64,000 nucleotides of DNA from the human T2T-CHM13v2.0 reference genome, Homo sapiens. Both the position numbers and the translations under genes were made by a program. This document shows positions 53,857 to 64,000 of this stretch, one piece after another. How positions within the stretch are numbered: position 1 is the first letter of the stretch; the number at the start of each line of letters is the position of its first letter. The notes under the pieces are model-generated. The model saw only the letters and a program-made list of their open reading frames with translations. It ran no database searches and was not told the origin of the DNA. Where the stretch lies: NCBI RefSeq assembly GCF_009914755.1, contig NC_060926.1. One strand, given 5' to 3'.

Positions 53857-56216
53857 TGCCTTCTCCCAGTGCCTTGCTCGTAGACAACCCCACACCTTTC
53901 GGAAATGCAAAGGAAGTGATTGCGATCAAGGACTATTGCCCCACCAACTTCACCACACTGAAGTTCTCCAAGGGCGACCATCTCTACGTCTTGGACACAT
54001 CTGGCGGTGAGTGGTGGTACGCACACAACACCACCGAAATGGGCTACATCCCCTCCTCCTATGTGCAGCCCTTGAACTACCGGAACTCAACACTGAGTGA
54101 CAGCGGTATGATTGATAATCTTCCAGACAGCCCAGACGAGGTAGCCAAGGAGCTGGAGCTGCTCGGGGGATGGACAGATGACAAAAAAGTACCAGGCAGA
54201 ATGTACAGTAATAACCCTTTCTGGAATGGGGTCCAGACCAATCCATTTCTGAATGGGAACGTGCCCGTCATGCCCAGCCTGGATGAGCTGAATCCCAAAA
54301 GTACTGTGGATTTGCTCCTTTTTGACGCAGGTACATCCTCCTTCACCGAATCCAGCTCAGCCACCACGAATAGCACTGGCAACATCTTCGATGAGCTTCC
54401 AGTCACAAACGGACTCCACGCAGAGCCGCCGGTCAGGCGGGACAACCCCTTCTTCAGAAGCAAGCGCTCCTACAGTCTCTCGGAACTCTCCGTCCTCCAA
54501 GCCAAGTCCGATGCTCCCACATCGTCGAGTTTCTTCACCGGCTTGAAATCACCTGCCCCCGAGCAATTTCAGAGCCGGGAGGATTTTCGAACTGCCTGGC
54601 TAAACCACAGGAAGCTGGCCCGGTCTTGCCACGACCTGGACTTGCTTGGCCAAAGCCCTGGTTGGGGCCAGACCCAAGCCGTGGAGACAAACATCGTGTG
54701 CAAGCTGGATAGCTCCGGGGGTGCTGTCCAGCTTCCTGACACCAGCATCAGCATCCACGTGCCCGAGGGCCACGTCGCCCCTGGGGAGACCCAGCAGATC
54801 TCCATGAAAGCCCTGCTGGACCCCCCGCTGGAGCTCAACAGTGACAGGTCCTGCAGCATCAGCCCTGTGCTGGAGGTCAAGCTGAGCAACCTGGAGGTGA
54901 AAACCTCTATCATCTTGGAGATGAAAGTGTCAGCCGAGATAAAAAATGACCTTTTTAGCAAAAGCACAGTGGGCCTCCAGTGCCTGAGGAGCGACTCGAA
55001 GGAAGGGCCATATGTCTCCGTCCCGCTCAACTGCAGCTGTGGGGACACGGTCCAGGCACAGCTGCACAACCTGGAGCCCTGTATGTACGTGGCTGTCGTG
55101 GCCCATGGCCCAAGCATCCTCTACCCTTCCACCGTGTGGGACTTCATCAATAAAAAAGTCACAGTGGGTCTCTACGGCCCTAAACACATCCACCCATCCT
55201 TCAAGACGGTAGTGACCATTTTTGGGCATGACTGTGCCCCAAAGACGCTCCTGGTCAGCGAGGTCACACGCCAGGCACCCAACCCTGCCCCGGTGGCCCT
55301 GCAGCTGTGGGGGAAGCACCAGTTCGTTTTGTCCAGGCCCCAGGATCTCAAGGTCTGTATGTTTTCCAATATGACGAATTACGAGGTCAAAGCCAGCGAG
55401 CAGGCCAAAGTGGTGCGAGGATTCCAGCTGAAGCTGGGCAAGGTGAGCCGCCTGATCTTCCCCATCACCTCCCAGAACCCCAACGAGCTCTCTGACTTCA
55501 CGCTGCGGGTTCAGGTGAAGGACGACCAGGAGGCCATCCTCACCCAGTTTTGTGTCCAGACTCCTCAGCCACCCCCTAAAAGTGCCATCAAGCCTTCCGG
55601 GCAAAGGAGGTTTCTCAAGAAGAACGAAGTCGGGAAAATCATCCTGTCCCCGTTTGCCACCACTACAAAGTACCCGACTTTCCAGGACCGCCCGGTGTCC
55701 AGCCTCAAGTTTGGTAAGTTGCTCAAGACTGTGGTGCGGCAGAACAAGAACCACTACCTGCTGGAGTACAAGAAGGGCGACGGGATCGCCCTGCTCAGCG
55801 AGGAGCGGGTCAGGCTCCGGGGCCAGCTGTGGACCAAGGAGTGGTACATCGGCTACTACCAGGGCAGGGTGGGCCTCGTGCACACCAAGAACGTGCTGGT
55901 GGTCGGCAGGGCCCGGCCCAGCCTGTGCTCGGGCCCCGAGCTGAGCACCTCGGTGCTGCTGGAGCAGATCCTGCGGCCCTGCAAATTCCTCACGTACATC
56001 TATGCCTCCGTGAGGACCCTGCTCATGGAGAACATCAGCAGCTGGCGCTCCTTCGCTGACGCCCTGGGCTACGTGAACCTGCCGCTCACCTTTTTCTGCC
56101 GGGCAGAGCTGGATAGTGAGCCCGAGCGGGTGGCGTCCGTCCTAGAAAAGCTGAAGGAGGACTGTAACAACACTGAGAACAAAGAACGGAAGTCCTTCCA
56201 GAAGGAGCTTGTGATG
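53857..56216 (+). CDS. SH3BP4: SH3BP4 large internal coding exon (2360 nt, codons 40-826)
   Basis: Pyrimidine tract and acceptor gcacag| ending 53856; donor ATG|GTGAGT at 56217. Phase fits the previous exon (G+TG=Val; 118+2360=2478 nt, 826 codons). SH3 at ~53901-54080 ([16 protein letters not shown]). NPF motifs at 54213, 54240 and 54444. RSKRSYS with Ser at codon 246. ZU5/UPA-like region from ~54690, second SH3 at ~55700-55910, then the start of a death-like domain. Confidence 0.97.
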
Positions 56217-56248
56217 GTGAGTGCTCAGCAGGTGCCTGGGCGTTCAGG

Positions 56249-56789
56249 GGTGCTGCTCAGCAAAGCCTTTCCGCCTTCCCAGTGCACATGGGCGTGGGCC
56301 GTGGTGTCGTAAGTCACCAGGACAGTGTCTGTGGCTGATGTCCCGCTGCCTGAGATAGGTGCGGCTCAGCACAGCCTTTCGCCTTCCCAATATGCGTGGG
56401 CGTGGGCCGTGGTGTTGTAAGTCACCAGGACAGTGTCTGTGGCTGATGTCCCGCTGCCTGAGATAGGTGCGGCTCAGCACAGCCTTTCGCCTTCCCAATA
56501 TGCGTGGGCGTGGGCCGTGGTGTTGTAAGTCACCAGGACAGTGTCTGTGGCTGATGTCCCGCTGCCTGAGATAGGTGCGGCTCAGCACAGCCTTTCGCCT
56601 TCCCAATATGCGTGGGCGTGGGCCGTGGTGTTGTAAGTCACCAGGACAGTGTCTGTGGCTGATGTCCCGCTGCCTGAGATAGGTGCGGCTCAGCACAGCC
56701 TTTCGCCTTCCCAATATGCGTGGGCGTGGGCCGTGGTGTTGTAAGTCACCAGGACAGTGTCTGTGGCTGATGTCCCGCTGCCTGGGATA
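56249..56789. repeat. 108-bp VNTR, ~5 copies (4 identical)
   Basis: Anchor gtcaccagg at 56313, 56421, 56529, 56637 and 56745. Confidence 0.97.
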
Positions 56790-59255
56790 TACGTGTGGGG
56801 CTTGAAGTGTGCTTGAAGTGGAGATGGGGTTTACGGGGGATCCTGGGGGGCCCCAGACAACCCAAGGACCCTGCAAAGAAGAGCATTCCAGTTACTTTTC
56901 CCACCGAATCTGTGAGCTCCAAGAGGGTCCCAGAATGGACCAGATGCGGGTGGGGGCAGAAGGCGGCCTGTGCTCTCGCCATTCAGTTTAGATCTCTTGG
57001 GAGCAGATGTGGTTCGTTAGATTCCCAACAGGGTCTCTGACTCCAGAGTCCCACGAACCGCTGCCCCAAAGCCTGTGTTCATTGTAATGTGAGTTTTTCT
57101 TGCCTTTGCTTCCTTGAAGCTTCTAACATCTCTGTATTGTTTCCACTTCCCCCTCTGTGTTGGTTTGAGTTGGGGCGAGGACAGCATTTGTTTTGCCAGC
57201 ACAACCGTGAACTGGAATCCAAAGAAATAAAAGGGGGAAGTAAGCATCAGACTGTGGGTTACGCCCTGGCCCACGAGCCAACCGGGGAGCATTTGCTCAA
57301 CGCTTTCTTAGCACTGCTCCCCGCAGGCAGCCCCACCGTCAGCAGAGCTGGGTCCTGGCGGTTACCTTGGCTAGGCTTAGCCATATCCGTGTCCTGGCAT
57401 CCCCAGGGGTGTTTGTGGTGGAGAGTCCCTGTGGACTTCTCCCTGTGATAGAACGGAGTCCACCCCTATCCTCCGGAGAGGGGCGCATTGCTGGTGTTCA
57501 TTCCTGTGGGAAAACCCTGTGACCTTGGCGTGTGCCGCTCTTCCTCGTTCCTCTGAGCCCGCAGGCTTTCTTGCATCCTAGCTTCTGAGAGGCGTGCTTC
57601 TTGGTGCCCGGCCTTTCTGCCACCTCCCCGGCTCCCCTGGATTGAGCCCTGTTTGTCTGGGAGAGCCCAGAGTGTCCTGTAGACACAGGTGTGCAGGCAA
57701 GGGTCACATGTGGCACATACCCGGCTCGGCTGCCCATGTTGAGCCAGGAGACAGAAGGGACGCAGCCCGGCAGGAGTGGGGCAGGAGTCGGGTGAGACCC
57801 TCTCTGGGTGGCCTGCAGTCGTGTGCAGTGCCAGAAGCATGGAGCCACGAGATTGCCCAGGGGAGGGAGATGGAACTGGAAGCGGCCGTCAGGGGGGCCA
57901 CCTTGGCAACCAGGAAATCACTGCACTTGGGTGGGGAGGAAGCGAACAAACGCAGCAGGGAAGCCTCCGGGCCCCCATGTGGGGTCACCTGCAGGGAGGG
58001 GATGGCCTGCGTCCCTCCCATCAGCCATCACCCATGTGTGATTCAGAGCACACCTCCTGGCTCTCCAGAACCTGGTGCCGGGCCGTGGCCTGGTCTCCTC
58101 ACGGGTGCACCCAGCACAGTGGCAGACAAAGCGCCTCCATCCCGTGAGAGCCTCTGTGCGGGCGGCCCCGAGACCACAGCCGTGGCTGTGCATGCTGTCG
58201 TGGAACCTGACAGCATTGCTGAGCCCAGGACACTCACCTCGACGTTGCACCAGAGGTGGAAAAATGACACAACCAGGAGTACCACACCAGCTGTGGAAAA
58301 TAACCGCCGAGTAGGTGGCTTTTACACTCATTTTCCTGCTTTTTTATCTTTTTCCAAAAGACATAAATGATCAAACTCTCTCAATTCGATTGGTGAGCAT
58401 CTCTGGGAGGGGATTTTTTGGTGGGCCTCCCTGTCCGCTCCAGGGAGGGGTGTGTCCTCTGTGCCCGAGTCCTTCCGCTACCCAGAAAGGAGGAAGTGAA
58501 ACTTGCCCTTGGCCAGGTCGGCTCCCTGAGGCAAGGTTAGATTTTGTGGTGATAAAGTGAAACTGGTTTTGCAGTGTCCCCACCCGCCCCCCACACCTGT
58601 GTCAGTCATCATCTTGGCCAAACTTATAGAAACCACAGACGGATTTCTCCCAGGTCGTTTATTAGGAGACCCTGAAAACTGGCTGTTCTATTCCGCTTGT
58701 CATCACAGGGCTGCCACGATTTCTGCGGCCTCTGCCACCGCTTTACCTGCCCCTCCCAGAGAGTCACAGCCAGGCCACCCCCTGCCTCTCATTTTTAGCA
58801 TAGCTTTCGGTGTCCTTGTTCTGATGCCTTGGGTTGGAAACAGTGTTTAAATGATGGGGAAAATGTGAGAGTTTGAGACAGTCAGTGTGCAGGGAGATGG
58901 GAAGGAAAAAGGAGTCAAATGAGACCTGGGTTGTTCCTCTCTCCACTGCCTTTAGAACGGGGTCAGCCTTTGCCCCTGCCCCACAAAGTCGTGTAAGATC
59001 TGGCCCTACCCATCCCAACCCTGGGGGCCACTGTGCTCTGTGCACCCCTGCCCTGAACACACCCAGCTCGCCCGGCCTCCAGCTCCTGCAGATGCTATGC
59101 TGTTCCTCTTCCTGGAGCTCCCTTTCCCAGACCTCCTCATCTCCCTCAGCTGCCAGCTCAAATGCCGTCTCTCCAGGACGTCCTTCTCTGCAGCCCCGCG
59201 CACTCCATCATCCTCTGTCTCCATGGTGTTTCTTGAATCAGAAGCGGTTTGTTTT

Positions 59256-59741
<486 letters not shown>

Positions 59742-59984
59742 GCAGGCCTTGGGCTGGGCTAAGAATCCAAGCGGGAGGCATTCTCACGTGGCCATACCAT
59801 GCTTCTGTTCTGTGGTTCCATTTCCTCTTTCCATTCTTTTTGTGCCTGTTTTTGATAGAGTCCGTGTGTGAGGCATCCCCGTACCTCTGCCTGCCCCTTC
59901 CCAGCAGCATGGCTGTGGCTGCACTCAGAGCACCCCTCTGTCCTGGCCACTTCTCTCCCACCAGAGCCTCTGTCCGTGATGGTG

Positions 59985-60800
59985 TCAGCTGAAGAATGAC
60001 AAGGTTTGTTCATTTGGAAAGGAGAGCCTCATTCCTCATAAAGGGTTGCAGCCTGTGGGTGGCTATTCTGACAGGTTGGGAAGCAGAGCCTCCTGCCAGA
60101 AGCCAAAAACAGACACTTCAAGGGAGGGGCAAAGGCAACAAGAATTTATGGATATTGGTGGCCAAATATACATATTCAATAAGCCGTAGGGGGAGTCATG
60201 AGTATTTATGAAAGGAGAAATGTGCACATTCACATTTAAGCCTTGTGCTCCTTCAGGGGTCCCATGTACAAAAAATGGTGGCAGTGGCATGATTCAAGGG
60301 TAGGGTTTTCTTTCAGCCCCCTGATGCGTCAGAGGCGAAGCAGGGGACATGAAACCCTCGCTGTGCATCCTCTGTAGACTGGCCAGAAACACTGCGTGGT
60401 CGGTGGGCTCCCGTCAGGCAAAGAGGAGGGGCAGCGTCTGGCAGTGGTAGAGGCCTTTGAAAGGGAACCCAGCTTTTTAAGAATCAGAAAAGTCATTCAG
60501 CAGCGCCCTTTTGATGCAAGAGACTATTCCCAATTCTCGGGATACTGTCAGCACTCGGCACATGGTCTCTGTTATGGTGGGGAAGGAAGGGGAGTCAGCT
60601 GGAGATAGCCGTGGGCAGTGGCCATCAGCCATGGGAGCAGAAGCAGCCCACGGTGGCCTCAGGCCCAGGGAGAACTTCCTAAGGGGCCAGAGTGAGCTGT
60701 CACAACTGGTCCTGGATCCACCATAAGAACGAAGCCGTGGGGTGTGGTGACCTGGAGCCGTCGGTGATGGCTGTAGCAGGGGCGTTTTGGTCAAGTTGCG
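59985..60800. mobile_element. ERV1-class LTR (subfamily and right boundary uncertain)
   Basis: ctgaagaatgacaagg..ttggaaaggagag..cataaagggttgcagcctg..attctgacagg..cagacacttc..catgtacaaaaaatggtggc. Confidence 0.55.
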
Positions 60801-61099
60801 GGAGGTAGGGAAATAGGCGTGTCGGGCTCTGTAGAGAAGTTTCTATGAGAAAGGGAAGGAGTTGCTGTGGGATGCAAAGCAAGGGAGGGTGGTTGTTTTG
60901 GGAGTGGAGTGGGGGCCGGAATAAACCCAAAGAGACTTGAAAACTAACAGAAATAAGGAAGCTAGCAAGTGCATGGGGCGCATTGGGGCGGGAAAGACTG
61001 GTGTGGTGTGAAGGGACTCTCTGTGGATTGGGAGAAGACCCACTTTAACCTCCAGAAGAGGAGGAGTTGATGGACAGTGTGCATTGGATGGGGTCCTGA

Positions 61100-61620
<521 letters not shown>

Positions 61621-61624
61621 TGAA

Positions 61625-61790
61625 GCAAGTTCCCAGACTCTGGCCGCCAGGCCCGCTATTCCTGTCAATGGCGTTTTGTTGGAACTCAGCCACACCCATT
61701 CCCATCTGCATCGTCTGTGGCTTTCAGGCTTCGTGTGTCCCACAAAGGCAAAAGTACTATCTGTCCCTTTATAAAGTTCAGTCACCCTGA
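61625..61790. mobile_element. MER58-like fragment
   Basis: gttttgttggaactcagccacacccatt...actatctgtcccttta. Confidence 0.6.
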
Positions 61791-63076
61791 CTGAAATCAT
61801 GGTGTACTCACTGTAACAAAATTCCAGTTGAAACCAGGGTAGTGCAGCAGTCCATCGAGTGTTTCCTGGTGTACCTGTGTGCCCATAAAAAGAGGAAGCT
61901 GCAAGGATCAAGTTCATAGAGCTAGAGCCTCCTGCTGTGAAATTTTTCTATTGCTAAGAATTGGTTGGCACCCAAAATTTGTCCTTTAAAAATATGCATC
62001 AGTTATGCCTTGTTGATGGTGTGGGTGGTTTGTAACAAACTAAACCAGGGCTGGGCTCAGTAAAAGTTGTGTAAGTGAGTGAGGGAGAGATGCCTTCATT
62101 CTTGGTGTTGGAAGTGCCGACCTCTCCTTTCATCTGGGATCCATGGAAATGGGACCTTGGCTGCCCCTGGATGGAGTCCAGGCGCTCTCCTTCCCAGGGG
62201 CCAGAGAACACCTGTGTTTCCCAGGACCTTGGGGACCTGTGCCCAGTTCCCCTGGGGAGAGAGCGGTTTTGATCACTCGCACCAGGAATGACTCGAGTCA
62301 GAAGCAGGTGACTTTGACCTGTTCTGTTACCTAGAAAATGAGGCCACTTTGGAGCCAGGCAGCTGTGCACACAGCCAGATTAGCTTGGTGTGTGCTGAGT
62401 AGCCACGAAAGAGCTGAGTTGGGGACATTGAGTGACTTCGTGTCAAACCCTGTGGTGGTCCAGCACACCTTCCCAGGACCACAGACGAGGCTGCCACCAC
62501 AGCAAGAAAATTAGGATCTGACAGCCTACCAGCTAACTACACACCCTCCTGACACGTGAATACACACGTGTATGCTTTTATCTTCTGAAACAAATCTAGT
62601 CAACATTTAATTTTTTAAAACAATTTGTTTTGAATATATCCAAATTCAAATAGAAACAGACCTTCTTCTGAAATATATAAATAGTTGATATGAAGCATAA
62701 TCCAGACCGGTATTACATTTGGTTCAATTCCCAATTCCATGTGGGGCTCATGGAATTGGGAAGGCCGCTGGCCGAGTGCTGAGAAGTTTGCATATTTGCC
62801 TCCACGCCTGTCACTTCCAGCTGTGGGACCCGGGACAAGCCTGGGGTCTGCAGGCTTCCTGTGCTTATCTGTAGAACAGATGCCTTGCGGCCCACACAGC
62901 AGGGAGGACCTGGGGTTGGGTGCCCAGAGGCAGCTCTGGCTCTGGCATTTCTCGGTGTGAAACCCACTTCCCCTCTCTCAGCTTCTTCTGTAAAGTGGGT
63001 TGAACTCAGCCTCTGCTTCATGGGGGGCTCTGGGGAGCGGAGGAGCTGAGTGTCTGGCTCACAGCAAGCCCTGGGT

Positions 63077-63385
<309 letters not shown>

Positions 63386-64000
63386 TAGCCCTGGGTTTCT
63401 AGTAGCTTCTACAAAAACAAACGGCCACCAGGTCCTCAAACCCCCTTCTGGCCAGCCTCGTTGGTAGCCAGCTGTCAGCCTCTCATATCTAGGGAGGCAT
63501 CAGAATGATCTGTCGCTCCTGGTTCTTTTTAAATTCCATGGATTGAGATGCTGGGGGCCCACCTAGAAGGATCGTGAGTCACCTACTCTGGCTAATGCAT
63601 GCCACAAGTCGCCAAAAAGGTCACCTTTTTGTATTGTTAGACTCCCCCCAGGTAAACATAAAGTGTACATTAGAATGCTCAGTCTAAAACAGCTGGGCTC
63701 GCTTTGAAGTAAGCAGCCCAGCCGACCGCATGAGCACTAGCAAGACGACCCTGCTATCGGCACAAAATAGTTGGCCAAAGAGCGCCGGTACCAGCGGTGT
63801 GGTTGGCGGGGGTGGGGGGTTGTTTGTTTTTTAGCACACTTTGGAGTCCTAAAATGACAACCTCAGGTGCTGAAACAGAGCGTAGAGAGAAAGAACGCCA
63901 GGACTGGTGACTTTCCTCTTCTCTTAGCAACTCGCCTGTCCAGGGGCTCACGGGAGCCTCAGAAACCGTCTCTGGGCTGCCTCAGGCCACTGTGCCCTGG

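Noticed and set aside
54930-55883. 317-aa antisense ORF and other ORFs overlapping the large exon
   Set aside because: Shadow ORFs expected opposite a GC3-rich coding exon; no recognisable domain.
56244-56876. 210-aa minus-strand ORF with a 36-aa period
   Set aside because: Translation of the 108-bp VNTR with a non-ATG start; no independent coding evidence.
57594-58370. 258-aa ORF, and 9683-10360 (225 aa)
   Set aside because: Non-ATG starts in GC-rich intron; no domain similarity or splice support that I can see.

Overview
Primate (human-like) genomic DNA inside the SH3BP4 gene (also called TTP/EHB10; from memory at human 2q37), transcribed on the + strand. The window holds a probable 74-nt 5'-UTR exon (8274-8347), the start-codon exon (47837-48086, ATG at 47969) and a 2360-nt internal coding exon (53857-56216). 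The two coding exons splice into 826 codons covering SH3, three NPF motifs, ZU5/UPA and a second SH3. The promoter and last exons lie outside the window. The rest is intron with about 17 Alus, MIR, L1M, L2, MLT1/ERV1 LTRs, MER/Tigger DNA fossils and three minisatellites. Best leads: (1) a 24-codon uORF that exists only after splicing across a 39.5-kb intron, plus a 3-codon uORF; (2) an orphan ~270-bp retroposed insert with a 15-bp target-site duplication (TSD), ATTAAA and an A-tail; (3) a 108-bp VNTR just after the large exon that multiplies EGR1 sites and GTAAGT donors; (4) an unexplained 41-bp inverted repeat; (5) a frame-preserving 24/21-bp minisatellite inside an MLT1 LTR. I found no convincing new multi-gene system. 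Repeat family names and boundaries were judged by eye and are approximate.
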